A stretch of DNA of 64,000 bases from Mariprofundaceae bacterium (GTDB lineage: Bacteria > Pseudomonadota > Zetaproteobacteria > Mariprofundales > Mariprofundaceae). Both the position numbers and the translations under genes were made by a program. Numbering within the stretch: position 1 is the stretch's first letter; each line of letters starts with the position of its first letter. The stretch spans positions 8,534 to 72,533 of the forward strand of contig JBNKZS010000002.1 in assembly GCA_050301755.1 (NCBI GenBank), written 5' to 3'. Shown here in pieces: positions 1 to 9,568 of this stretch. The notes under the pieces are model-generated. The model was not told where the DNA came from and searched no databases. It saw only the letters and a list, made by a program, of their open reading frames with translations.

Positions 1-214
1 TGGCATTCAGCGCTATAAAGGTCTGGGTGAGATGGATCCTGAACAACTTTGGGAAACCACCATGGATGCCAATGTTCGTACCCTGCTTCAGGTTACCCTT
101 GAAGATGTGGTGATGGCCGATGAGACCTTCTCCACTCTGATGGGAGATGCGGTAGAACCACGCCGTAAATTTATTCAGGACAATGCGCTGAAGGTGAAGA
201 ATCTCGATGTCTAA
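1..214 (+). CDS. gyrB: DNA gyrase subunit B, C-terminal fragment (5' end outside window)
   Basis: Frame 2 is open from the window edge and reads [22 protein letters not shown]...[17 protein letters not shown], the conserved GyrB C-terminal tail. Confidence 0.85.
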   Translation, partial: GIQRYKGLGEMDPEQLWETTMDANVRTLLQVTLEDVVMADETFSTLMGDAVEPRRKFIQDNALKVKNLDV

Positions 215-1268
215 TGATACTGTGAAAACAAAACAGACACTGACATATGCTGATGCCGGTGTTGATATTGATGCCGGAAATGCCTTTGTCGGTCGTATTA
301 AACATGCGGTCAATTCAACCATGCGGCCTGAAGTTCTTTCAGGTCTCGGCGGTTTCGGTGGCCTGTTTAAACCCGACTTCTCCGGTATGGAGGAGCCGGT
401 TCTGGTCTCAGGTACCGATGGCGTCGGTACGAAGCTGTTGCTATTGCAGCAACATGACCGTCCACATGTCGCCGGGATCGATGCGGTGGCCATGTGTGTA
501 AATGATCTTGCAGCACTTGGTGCCACGCCACTTTTCTTTCTCGACTATCTGGCAACAGGAAGCCTGAAGGGCGAAACACTTGCCGGAGTGGTCGAGGGAA
601 TTGCCGATGCATGCCGCACCTGTGAATGCTCGCTGGTGGGTGGTGAGACGGCCGAGATGCCCGGCATGTATGCTCCGGGCCATTACGATATCGGTGGTTT
701 CTGTGTTGGTGTGGTGGATCGTCCGAAAATGGTTGATGGAAGCCGGATTGCTGCCGGCGATGTGATCGTCGGTGTTGCCTCCAATGGACCCCACTCCAAC
801 GGCTTCTCCATGGTGCGCAAACTTCTCGAACTGGGCGAAGCCGACCTCAATAACGACACTCTCTCCGATGGCCGCAAAGCGATCGAGGGTGTGCTCTCTC
901 CGACACGCCTCTATGTCCCTTCTGTCAACACGTTGATGAAGAGCAATATTGAGATTCACGGATTTTCACATATTACCGGTGGCGGCATGTTCGATAACTT
1001 CGAACGACTGCTGACAGAGGATCTTGCTGTGACGATAGATGTCGGCAGCTGGCCGGTTCCACCGGTCTTTGAATATCTGCTCGGTTTTGCCAATGTCGAA
1101 CGCGATGAGCGTTATCGCACCTTTAACATGGGTATCGGTTTTGCCGTGATTCTTCCCGAGTCCGAAGCGGTAAAAGCAGAAGCCGTGCTGAAAGAGGCGG
1201 GAGAAACGACCTATCGGATCGGTTCCGTTCACAAGCGTGCTGGCGAACCGGTTACCCTGATCGGCTGA
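207..1268 (+). CDS. purM: Phosphoribosylformylglycinamidine cyclo-ligase (AIR synthetase)
   Basis: 353-aa ORF with PurM signatures ([25 protein letters not shown]). The start overlaps the gyrB stop by 8 nt. Confidence 0.95.
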   Translation: MSNDTVKTKQTLTYADAGVDIDAGNAFVGRIKHAVNSTMRPEVLSGLGGFGGLFKPDFSGMEEPVLVSGTDGVGTKLLLLQQHDRPHVAGIDAVAMCVNDLAALGATPLFFLDYLATGSLKGETLAGVVEGIADACRTCECSLVGGETAEMPGMYAPGHYDIGGFCVGVVDRPKMVDGSRIAAGDVIVGVASNGPHSNGFSMVRKLLELGEADLNNDTLSDGRKAIEGVLSPTRLYVPSVNTLMKSNIEIHGFSHITGGGMFDNFERLLTEDLAVTIDVGSWPVPPVFEYLLGFANVERDERYRTFNMGIGFAVILPESEAVKAEAVLKEAGETTYRIGSVHKRAGEPVTLIG

Positions 1269-1293
1269 TTCAAAGGGAACCTTTGTAGCAGGT

Positions 1294-1917
1294 ATGAATT
1301 CCAAAGCCGTTGCAGTGATGGTCTCCGGACGCGGGAGTAATCTCAAGGTAATCCTTGAGTCGGTTGCTCGTGGTGAATGTCCGGTGGAAGTGAAACTGGT
1401 CATCTCCGACAGGGGCGATGCTGAAGCACTGGAGATCGCTCGTCAGGCGGGCGTTCCACATGTCATCCACATTAACCCGAAAAATTTCGAGAACCGTGAA
1501 CAGTTTGATGCCGAGTGTGCCGATCTGCTCGATAAACATGGTTGCCAGTGGATTGTACTGGCCGGTTATATGCGGATTCTCTCATCCTCTTTCGTTCGTC
1601 GTTTTCGTGGGCGTATTATCAATATCCACCCATCCCTTCTACCCTCCTTCGCAGGTGCCAAAGCAGTCGAGGATGCGCTCGAATATGGCGTGAAGGTTTC
1701 CGGCTGCACGGTACACTTGGTCGACGAAGTACTTGATGGAGGGGCGATTCTGGCGCAGTCCGTGGTTCCCGTATTTGATCTTGATACCCGCGAGAGCCTG
1801 CATGCCCGGATTCAGGTCGAGGAGCATAAGCTCTATCCGGCCACGCTTGCCCGCATGGCCAATGAAGGCTTTGATATCGAGGGTCGAAAGGTAATCTGGA
1901 AAACCACCCGGCTTTAA
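1294..1917 (+). CDS. purN: Phosphoribosylglycinamide formyltransferase
   Basis: 207 aa with GART motifs (VMVSGRGSNL, NIHPSLLP, GCTVHLV). Sits directly downstream of purM. Confidence 0.93.
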   Translation: MNSKAVAVMVSGRGSNLKVILESVARGECPVEVKLVISDRGDAEALEIARQAGVPHVIHINPKNFENREQFDAECADLLDKHGCQWIVLAGYMRILSSSFVRRFRGRIINIHPSLLPSFAGAKAVEDALEYGVKVSGCTVHLVDEVLDGGAILAQSVVPVFDLDTRESLHARIQVEEHKLYPATLARMANEGFDIEGRKVIWKTTRL

Positions 1918-2751
1918 TCAGAAGGTATCTCCACTCTGCTTCATGCGTTCATAGAAGAAGTTGGTGGCTTCAACAAAACCGTCAATGCTTCCACAATCAA
2001 AACGACGCCCCTCAAAGCGATAGGCGATGACATTACCCTGGGCAGCCTGCTGTTGCAGAGCGTCTGTAATCTGAACCTCGCCTCCCGCGCCCGGTGGGGT
2101 GCTCCGAATGATATCGAAGATATCGGGTGTAAGAATATAACGACCAATGATGGCCAGATTGGATGGCGCCTGCTCGGGATCGGGCTTCTCTACCATCATC
2201 TCGACACGGGTATGACGATCATCAATGGGTTGTCCGCAGACAATACCGTACTTGTTTACATCCTCACGTGGGACCTCTTCCACAGCCACCACACTGCATT
2301 GATATTTTTCATAAACCCTGAGCATTTGCGACATGATACCTTCATCACCGACACAGAGGTCGTCGGCCAGAATCACTCCGAATGGTTCGTGACCAATAAT
2401 GGTGCCGCCGGTAAGAATGGCATCTCCCAGTCCACGCATATGAACCTGTCTTGTATAGGAGTAGGTACACTCGTTAATAAGACCTCGGATCGACTCCAGG
2501 CGCTCCTCCCGGCTGGTACCCCTGAGCTGATCTTCAAGTTCATAGACGATGTCAAAGTGATCCTCAATGGCTCGCTTGTTTCGACCGGTCACCATGGCGA
2601 TATCCATCATTCCGGCTTCAGCAGCTTCCTCAACGCCGTACTGAATCAGCGGCTTGGTAAGAATCGGCAGCATCTCCTTTGGCTGGGCCTTGGTGGCCGG
2701 TAGAAAGCGGGTGCCGTAACCGGCAACGGGAAAAAGACATTTTCTAATCAT
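1918..2751 (-). CDS. galU: UTP-glucose-1-phosphate uridylyltransferase
   Basis: 277 aa with the N-terminal nucleotidyltransferase motif FPVAGYGTRFLPATKAQPKEMLP. Last gene of the sucrose string. Confidence 0.92.
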   Translation of the reverse strand: MIRKCLFPVAGYGTRFLPATKAQPKEMLPILTKPLIQYGVEEAAEAGMMDIAMVTGRNKRAIEDHFDIVYELEDQLRGTSREERLESIRGLINECTYSYTRQVHMRGLGDAILTGGTIIGHEPFGVILADDLCVGDEGIMSQMLRVYEKYQCSVVAVEEVPREDVNKYGIVCGQPIDDRHTRVEMMVEKPDPEQAPSNLAIIGRYILTPDIFDIIRSTPPGAGGEVQITDALQQQAAQGNVIAYRFEGRRFDCGSIDGFVEATNFFYERMKQSGDTF

Positions 2752-2773
2752 TTAATCACCCCAATAAACATTA

Positions 2774-4729
2774 TTATTCAGCCAGCCAGTAGAAACCGTA
2801 GGCGGGAATCGCCAACTGGTCATTAAAAATTGGTGGGCTTTCACCCGTACACAGGTCTTTAATCTGACCAAGTTTAAAGAAGCCCATCTTGCGCAGCATC
2901 TCCAGATCGAGATGTTGCGGTATCGCATCAAAGTTGCCAACGACCAGAACGCGTGAAGATCTGTTTCGATGATCAAAATGGGCATAAGCCAGCAGGTGCG
3001 GGTTGTTCACATCGAGCAGTTCGCGACTGTTAAAATCGGCAAAGGCGGCAATCTCCTTGCGTACAGCAATCAATTTTTTCAGTGAAGTAAAGATTCGGTA
3101 TTCGATACTTCCGGGCTGATTTCTCAGCTCGGCCTTATCCCAGTCGATCGATGGGCGATGAATCCAGCGGCTATCCTGAAGTTTATGGTTATCCTCCTGA
3201 TAGTCGTAGCTGTTAAGTGTGCCGATCTCATCACCGTAGTAGAGCAGTGGAATACCGCCGAAGGATAGAATCATACTGTTAAGCAGGAGAATGATATTGA
3301 TAGCTGCATCAATAGCATGCTCATCGCCCGATTCAAGAGCACTCTCCAGACCGACAAGAGAAGCCAGTGTACCCGAGATGCGTGCATCGCCCGTCTTTTC
3401 ATTCTGCGCAAACGGGCGGCCTCGCGCCGGCGAATTGGCATAATGGCCGGTATAGTAATCGACAAGAAAGCGACGATGGGCGGCCGGTTCGTAGCCGGCA
3501 AGGTGAATATCGGTATCGTCGAAACCGAGCCCGATATCGTCATGACAGCGGATGTAGTTCAGCCATGTGGCCCGCTCCAGCTTGTCCGGCAGGCTCTTGA
3601 TACCGCGATAGAGGAGTTCGGCCTTTTTGGTGGCCACGGCATCCCAGAGCAGAGCCATATAGGTGGCGTTGTAGGCGATCTCGCACTCTTTGGCATTGAT
3701 CGCATCTTCACCGAAGTATTTGGTGACTTCAACAGGTGCCACGATTGCTTCGGCAATGAAGAGTACGCCGGGAGCTGTCACCTGGCAGCAATCCTTGAGC
3801 AGTTGCAGAATCAGGTGGGCCTCTCTTTCGTTCTGGCAGGTACTGCCGATCTTTTTCCACAGAAAGGCGACTGCATCAAGGCGCAGAATATCGGCTCCGT
3901 GGTTGGCCCAGAAGAGAATGATGTCGAGCATTTCGATCAGTACGGATGGGTTGCTGTAGTTCAGGTCCCATTGGTAACTATTGAAGGATGTCATCACCCA
4001 CTTGCCCATTGTTTCATCCCAGGTGAAATTACCAGGTGAGGTCTCGGGGAAGATTTCCGGCATCGTCTCTTCGAACATGTCGGGCATATCCCGGTTGTCG
4101 AAAACGTAATAGTAATCCTGATATTGTTTCTCGCCACGCCGGGCGCGCTGTGCCCACTCATGCTCATCGGAGGTGTGATTGAGAACCACATCAAGGGTGA
4201 GCAACATCTCCCGCTTATGCATGGTGTCTGAGAGCGCATCGATATCTTCCAGCGTGCCAATCCGCTCATCAATCCGCCGGAAATCCCGTACGGCATAGCC
4301 GCCATCGCTTCTGCCCGGCGGGCAGTCGAGAACAGGCATTACATGCACCATGTTAATGCCGAGCTCCTGAAGATAGTGCAGCTTTGATTTCAGGCCATGC
4401 AGATCTCCGGCAAAGCCATCGCTGTAGAGGGCCATACCGACCCACTGCTGGCTGAGGAACCAGTTATGATCGTCTTCGCGTTCAAGATCGATTGCCCTCA
4501 ACTCATCGGAACGGGCTATGTACTGATGCGCCATTGTCTCCACCAACTTCTGCATCTGCTCTTTGAAATCAGGCCTGCCTCCATAAAGCAGTTCGAACAG
4601 GGAGTGAATGGCGTAGAAGTTCGCTCCGAGTCGGGTATAGAAGTAGCGCATCTTGGGCTGCTTGATGATCTCCGGATCAAGCTTGATCAGAATCTCATTG
4701 AGAAGCGAATGTGAAACCTGTTCATACAT
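2774..4729 (-). CDS. Amylosucrase-type GH13 alpha-glucan/sucrose glucosyltransferase
   Basis: 651 aa with GH13 catalytic-core motifs (DVVLNH, ILRLDAVAF, FIAEA, IRCHDD) and an amylosucrase-like N-terminal helical region (FYTRLGANF...LYG). Confidence 0.8.
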   Translation of the reverse strand: MYEQVSHSLLNEILIKLDPEIIKQPKMRYFYTRLGANFYAIHSLFELLYGGRPDFKEQMQKLVETMAHQYIARSDELRAIDLEREDDHNWFLSQQWVGMALYSDGFAGDLHGLKSKLHYLQELGINMVHVMPVLDCPPGRSDGGYAVRDFRRIDERIGTLEDIDALSDTMHKREMLLTLDVVLNHTSDEHEWAQRARRGEKQYQDYYYVFDNRDMPDMFEETMPEIFPETSPGNFTWDETMGKWVMTSFNSYQWDLNYSNPSVLIEMLDIILFWANHGADILRLDAVAFLWKKIGSTCQNEREAHLILQLLKDCCQVTAPGVLFIAEAIVAPVEVTKYFGEDAINAKECEIAYNATYMALLWDAVATKKAELLYRGIKSLPDKLERATWLNYIRCHDDIGLGFDDTDIHLAGYEPAAHRRFLVDYYTGHYANSPARGRPFAQNEKTGDARISGTLASLVGLESALESGDEHAIDAAINIILLLNSMILSFGGIPLLYYGDEIGTLNSYDYQEDNHKLQDSRWIHRPSIDWDKAELRNQPGSIEYRIFTSLKKLIAVRKEIAAFADFNSRELLDVNNPHLLAYAHFDHRNRSSRVLVVGNFDAIPQHLDLEMLRKMGFFKLGQIKDLCTGESPPIFNDQLAIPAYGFYWLAE

Positions 4730-4733
4730 ATGG

Positions 4734-5630
4734 TTAGTCCTTTAACCCCCATGCGCGGGTAAACTGTTGATAAAACGACCTCTCCCGGGAAGTGGCGCCA
4801 CGAATGCCGACAATGCCACTGGCAAAAGCTTGCGCCCGCCGCATCGTCAACTCAAGCGGCCAGCCCAGCAGCTGCCCTGCCAGCAGTACGCTACAGAAGG
4901 CATCACCTGCCCCGACTGTATCGGTAATAGCTGAGAGTTGTTCGGGGACAACGGAAATACGGGCTCCATCTCTCGTTGAGATTGCCGTCGCTCCTTGCTC
5001 CCCACCGGTTAGGAAAATCTGTTCGGAGACATGTTCGCGAAGCAGGTCCACTCTTTCGAGCTGGCTTTCGATCTCCGGATAGATGTCAGCCAGTTCATCC
5101 TGGTTCAGCTTGATCCGGTCTGCACCCTCAAGCATTGAGAGGACCGTATCGCGTTGCCACCAGGGTGGGCGCAGATTGATATCAACCATAAGGCCGTCGG
5201 CATGTTGCTCCCTGATCTGGCGCAGGGCGTTTGCCGAATGCTCATGACGCAGAGCCAGAGAACCGTGATAGAGCAGCCAATGGCCATGTAGCGGGGGCAG
5301 CTGGGAGGCATCGATAAAATCATAGGCCACCCAGTCGACGATCTCGTAGGAGGGCTCGCCGGAGTTGATCGTTACCTGCACGGTGCCGGTGACATGCTCG
5401 TTATCATGTTGCAGGCCGTTGCAATCCATTCCCCACCCCTGCATGGCACGTTCGATTTCATCTCCCAGTTCGTCATTTCCGATTCGGGAGACCATCAGCG
5501 GCTTCAGGCCGAAGGCGTGCAGGTGCCAGGCTACGTTGAAGGGCGCGCCACCCAGTACCACGGAGCCGTCGGGAAAGTGATCGAAGAGCACTTCACCAAA
5601 AATAAGCGGGCGTATCTCTATCTCTCTCAT
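4734..5630 (-). CDS. Fructokinase (PfkB-family carbohydrate kinase)
   Basis: 298 aa with the PfkB C-terminal motif DTVGAGDAF. Lies between the amylosucrase and the sucrose-phosphate phosphatase. Confidence 0.8.
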   Translation of the reverse strand: MREIEIRPLIFGEVLFDHFPDGSVVLGGAPFNVAWHLHAFGLKPLMVSRIGNDELGDEIERAMQGWGMDCNGLQHDNEHVTGTVQVTINSGEPSYEIVDWVAYDFIDASQLPPLHGHWLLYHGSLALRHEHSANALRQIREQHADGLMVDINLRPPWWQRDTVLSMLEGADRIKLNQDELADIYPEIESQLERVDLLREHVSEQIFLTGGEQGATAISTRDGARISVVPEQLSAITDTVGAGDAFCSVLLAGQLLGWPLELTMRRAQAFASGIVGIRGATSRERSFYQQFTRAWGLKD

Positions 5631-6460
5631 GTCTGCAGCGCTTTGATAAGTGGCAGAATTTCCGGCCGATAGTGGGCGATACCCTCCAGAATTCCGGCAC
5701 TGTAATTGCCGTTCATGCCCAGGAAATTGCCTTTTGCAATATAGAGGTTATCGGGGGATGCACTTTTTACGGCAGCTCGAACCTCCTGATCCGCATTGGC
5801 AACCAGAACCGACTGTACAGGGCTGAGCAGAACATCAAGATCATTGCCGCTGTCACCGGCAAAAACGGTTTGCTGTAGATCGAACGACTGCTGCTGCATA
5901 AGAAAGTTGATCGCATGCAGCTTGTTGGCACTGGCTGGAAGAATATCCAGTAGTCCGACATGTTGAATTTCATCAATGCTCCATATCAGATTGGCCCGGA
6001 TCTGCGCATGTTCCAGATGCGACTGCATGTCGGAGATGATGGCCAAATGGTTCATCTGCATGGGTAGATAATAACTCAGTTTATGGGTGTTCTGTTTCGC
6101 TTCTTCCTGAAGCTGCAAGTCAGGGTAAGCCGTCAGCAGGGCGTGCAGTGAGTTGTGGGATTTCCCCTGCCAATCGCCGCCAATCTCATCATCCCATGCC
6201 TGCCATTGCTGCCACCCGTCTGATCCCTGTCGATAGATGGTAGAACCGACATCTGCCAAAATAAAATCGGGTGTGGGAAGTTGGTAATCATCCATCGCCT
6301 GCTCGATCAATGCCAGGTGGCGGCCGGAGACATAGGCCAGTTTGATGTCGCTGTTTTGTATCAGCCGAGCAAAGAGGTCTCGCGCATAAGGTGTTTCCGG
6401 CTGATCGCCGTTAGGTATCAGCGTCCGATCCAGATCAGTACATAACAGTAATCTGTTCAT
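5627..6460 (-). CDS. spp: Sucrose-6F-phosphate phosphohydrolase (HAD-IIB)
   Basis: 277 aa with HAD motif I DLDRT and motif IV GDSGND. It has 4-nt overlaps with both neighbours. Confidence 0.75.
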   Translation of the reverse strand: MNRLLLCTDLDRTLIPNGDQPETPYARDLFARLIQNSDIKLAYVSGRHLALIEQAMDDYQLPTPDFILADVGSTIYRQGSDGWQQWQAWDDEIGGDWQGKSHNSLHALLTAYPDLQLQEEAKQNTHKLSYYLPMQMNHLAIISDMQSHLEHAQIRANLIWSIDEIQHVGLLDILPASANKLHAINFLMQQQSFDLQQTVFAGDSGNDLDVLLSPVQSVLVANADQEVRAAVKSASPDNLYIAKGNFLGMNGNYSAGILEGIAHYRPEILPLIKALQT

Positions 6461-8607
6461 GCGGCCGGATGCTGGATGCTATTGAAGAAGTCGTAGTGTT
6501 CGGCTGCCTCGATAATGCCGGCCGCGAAAGCGCGCTCGGCAAAATAGATGTTCTCGATATCAGCCAGTTCAGAGAGTTCCTCCTCGTGACGGTTGCCGAC
6601 AACAACGGCGCGGGTATTGCCTCTCATCATATCCTCATCAGCTCCGGAACCGCCGGCGACAAGCATGTTTTCCAGAGGAAGGCCAAGTTGTTCGGCAGCC
6701 CAGCGAAGGGCAAACCCCTTGGATGCCCTGTGGGGAATCACATCGAGAAACTGGCCGTGTGAGAAGATTACATTGACCGACTGTTCATGTTGCAACAGAT
6801 ACCGGTTGATCTCCTGAATATCAGGGGCGACAGCGGGATCAATGTAGTAACTGATCTTATAGGGCGTCTGGTTGCTCTTCGGTTGCATCTCAAGGCCGGG
6901 AATATCTGCAAGCAGATCGACAAGTTCACGGCGTTGCCAGTGATGGTTGATATGCCTGCTCCAGACAGAGTCCCGGGTAAGATTGGGAGCATAATAGATT
7001 GCCGTTCCCAAGCTGGTGATCAGCAGGTCAGGCTGGGGTATCTTCTGTTTTCGAATGACGCTTAGGGCGCTCTCCAGGTTGCGCCCCGTAGCTATGGCAA
7101 AACTGACCTGTTTACGATGCTTCTTCAGCATGGAGGTAAAGTCGGCAAGTGATTCAGGGTCGCCTAGCAGGTTTTGATCCAGGTCCGTGATAATGGCCGC
7201 ATCGCGGTAGAGAACCGGCCTGCGGCTCAGTTCCATCCTCTTGATCGGTTCACTCTGCTCAATCAGAGGTTTAATAACATCGAGGTACTTCTCAACATGG
7301 GCTTGCCAGGAGTAGTGGCGGGTCACCCCTTTGATGCCGTTGCCGGCATAGGTTTTCCATAGCTTCTTATCTTCAAGGACTTCAATAAGGGTTTCGGCTA
7401 TCGCCTCTTTATCCAGCGGGTCGACAAGCCGGCCGTTTTCACAGTTGCCTATGATATCAATCGGGCCACCATCTTCGGTGGCCACAATCGGAGCACCGCA
7501 TGCTGCAGCTTCGATCAGGGTTAATCCGAAAGGCTCCGTCAGGGCAGGATTGATAAAGATACCTTTGGAGAGAGCGGTCAGGCGGTAGAGTTGAGACACC
7601 TCATCGGCTTTGTGGTGTTTTGGGAAGGCTGCTTTTCCGTAGAGGTCATACTGATCAATGGTCATCAGGATCGAGGTCAACACCTCCTGGGCACCTGCAT
7701 CCATATCATTGATGTCATCACGGTTACCGGCAATGACAACGAGGTTGGCCAGTTTCTGAAGCTTTGGCGATTGCCCGTATGCCTCCACCAGTGTGGTGAT
7801 ATTTTTTCGCGGATCGGGTCTGGATAGCGCAAGGATGATCGGTTTTTCCGGATTAACCAGAAAGCGTTTGAGCTCACTGGCGATATGGCTTTCGGGCTCA
7901 TCGCCGAGTGGAGGATGAAACTTCTTTAGATCGGTGCCGGGAGGGACAACGCGCATCTGATCCGGCTGATAGTAGTCGTAGACAGCATACTGCTCCTCAA
8001 TCTCCTGGTTGGTACTCACCACCACTCTCGAAGCGGCACCGAGCGTTCTCTCTTCTGCATCAATGCGACGACTCATGTTGTAGGTGTTTTCGATCTCCTC
8101 ACGAGATACACCGCTGGCCAACAGACGTTTTCGCTTACTTCGACCCAGCGAGTGGCCGGTATGCACCAGTGGCACCCCTAGCAGGTTGGAGAGTTGGATG
8201 CCGATGTAGCCGGCATCGGCATAGTGGCTGTGGATGATATGGGGTGTCTGCGGTTGTTCATGGATATAAGCCAGCGCATTATCGGAGAAGGTCTCCAGTG
8301 AGTCCCACAGCTGTTCCTTGGGCAGGTATCCCGGTTCACCACACTCAATACGGATGATATTTGCCTTTTCGGAGATGGATTCGACGGGCTCGCCGTAATC
8401 CGGACTTAGATTCGGATCGACTACTCTTCGGGTAAGCAGGTCAACGCGCCCTACTTCATCCCTTTCGGCCAGGGCTCGGGCAAGCTCAAGCACATATTTG
8501 GTCTGACCACCGGTATCAGCATCGCGGCCAAGTTCAAGGTTCTCGCCCCGGATCAATCCATGCGGACTGACCAGAACGATATAGAGATGTCGAAATTGAG
8601 AATTCAT
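6457..8607 (-). CDS. sps: Sucrose-phosphate synthase (GT-B glycosyltransferase fused to an SPP-like HAD domain)
   Basis: 716 aa. The N-terminal glycosyltransferase has HGLIRG...DTGGQTKYV and EPFGLTLIEAAACGAPIVAT. The C-terminal HAD-like domain has TDLDQN and GGSGADEDM. Confidence 0.85.
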   Translation of the reverse strand: MNSQFRHLYIVLVSPHGLIRGENLELGRDADTGGQTKYVLELARALAERDEVGRVDLLTRRVVDPNLSPDYGEPVESISEKANIIRIECGEPGYLPKEQLWDSLETFSDNALAYIHEQPQTPHIIHSHYADAGYIGIQLSNLLGVPLVHTGHSLGRSKRKRLLASGVSREEIENTYNMSRRIDAEERTLGAASRVVVSTNQEIEEQYAVYDYYQPDQMRVVPPGTDLKKFHPPLGDEPESHIASELKRFLVNPEKPIILALSRPDPRKNITTLVEAYGQSPKLQKLANLVVIAGNRDDINDMDAGAQEVLTSILMTIDQYDLYGKAAFPKHHKADEVSQLYRLTALSKGIFINPALTEPFGLTLIEAAACGAPIVATEDGGPIDIIGNCENGRLVDPLDKEAIAETLIEVLEDKKLWKTYAGNGIKGVTRHYSWQAHVEKYLDVIKPLIEQSEPIKRMELSRRPVLYRDAAIITDLDQNLLGDPESLADFTSMLKKHRKQVSFAIATGRNLESALSVIRKQKIPQPDLLITSLGTAIYYAPNLTRDSVWSRHINHHWQRRELVDLLADIPGLEMQPKSNQTPYKISYYIDPAVAPDIQEINRYLLQHEQSVNVIFSHGQFLDVIPHRASKGFALRWAAEQLGLPLENMLVAGGSGADEDMMRGNTRAVVVGNRHEEELSELADIENIYFAERAFAAGIIEAAEHYDFFNSIQHPAA

Positions 8608-8799
8608 GATTGCTGCTTACCCGTTAACCTATGATTCATAGACCATTGTAGCAGAAAGACACGGGAGCCTGTCAGTTCCGCAGTATTGGCAACAGGCAGA
8701 CAAGATAGAAAGCGGCCTGCTTCCTTTGTTTCCAGAGAGTTTCCGGTAAGCATTGGCGTCGACCCTAGTAGGCTGTGCTTATAATTCAAGGTGGCATCG

Positions 8800-8828
8800 A
8801 AAAGCGGATTGTATGAATGACCGCTTTT
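8800..8828 (-). terminator. Candidate hairpin terminator downstream of the DUF924 gene
   Basis: AAAAGCGG-13 nt-CCGCTTTT inverted repeat 24 nt past the stop. The U-run lies partly inside the stem, so support is weak. Confidence 0.35.
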
Positions 8829-8851
8829 GGCCGAAAGCAGACATTCGTTAA

Positions 8852-9406
8852 TTAGAAAGATGATCCGGGTTGTTTAAGAAATTCGATCTCTTCCAGCGTG
8901 GAGGCGCGGCCAAGGATTTCGTTGCGATGCGGATAGCGGCCAAAACGATCAATGATCGCTTTGTGTTTGAGTTCAAATTCAAACTGGTATTCGGAACCCG
9001 GTTGGGAAAAGAGCTCAACCGCCCACTCATGCACTTTGACTGACTCGCTATGCATATAGGGCATGTAGAAGAAGGAGCGCTTTTCGAATGCCACCTGTTG
9101 ATCAGCAGCAATCCGAATCGCCTCCTGTGCCAAAACCAATGCCATCGGATCGCAGGCAAAGGCGAGCGGACTATCGCGGTAGACGTTGCGGGAGAACTGA
9201 TCGAGCACAATAATCTCTGCCAGCCGACCATCAGCTGTTCTGCGCCAGCTTTCAAGTTCACCCAGCGATGCAGCCCGGTGTGTTGTGCCGAACCGAGCCC
9301 CGATCTCCCGATCAAGGTCGAGATCTTTTTTAAACCACTGTATGGGCTCAAGCTCTTCGAACCAGAATCGGATAATATCTTCAGGGGTGGCAACGGGTTC
9401 AGACAT
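8852..9406 (-). CDS. DUF924 family protein
   Basis: 184 aa with the family-typical segments FWF..., LDQFSRNVYR and RYPHRNEILGR. Confidence 0.85.
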   Translation of the reverse strand: MSEPVATPEDIIRFWFEELEPIQWFKKDLDLDREIGARFGTTHRAASLGELESWRRTADGRLAEIIVLDQFSRNVYRDSPLAFACDPMALVLAQEAIRIAADQQVAFEKRSFFYMPYMHSESVKVHEWAVELFSQPGSEYQFEFELKHKAIIDRFGRYPHRNEILGRASTLEEIEFLKQPGSSF

Positions 9407-9457
9407 ACAACCAACATAGGGATGGGCATCGTTTTGTGCAATAAAACAGGTATATTT

Positions 9458-9537
9458 ATTCCAAAGAATATATAAGCATTCCTAATGATGTATCAATATT
9501 CTTTAGAATGTATTTGTATTCCTTAGAATGTTAAACT
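9458..9537. promoter_or_regulatory. Four tandem 20-bp repeats, each starting with an ATTCnnnnGAAT-type palindrome (operator-like array)
   Basis: Units begin at 9458, 9478, 9498 and 9518. They read ATTCCAAAGAATATATAAGC / ATTCCTAATGATGTATCAAT / ATTCTTTAGAATGTATTTGT / ATTCCTTAGAATGTTAAACT. The array lies in the divergent DUF924-marR intergenic region. Confidence 0.6.
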
Positions 9538-9568
9538 AACCTTTTCCTATACGAGAGGTGCGAAACCG

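Noticed and set aside
8604-8789. A 61-aa ORF immediately upstream of sps on the same strand.
   Set aside because: It has no Shine-Dalgarno sequence and no recognisable features, and it occupies the expected sps promoter and 5'-UTR region. It is likely spurious.
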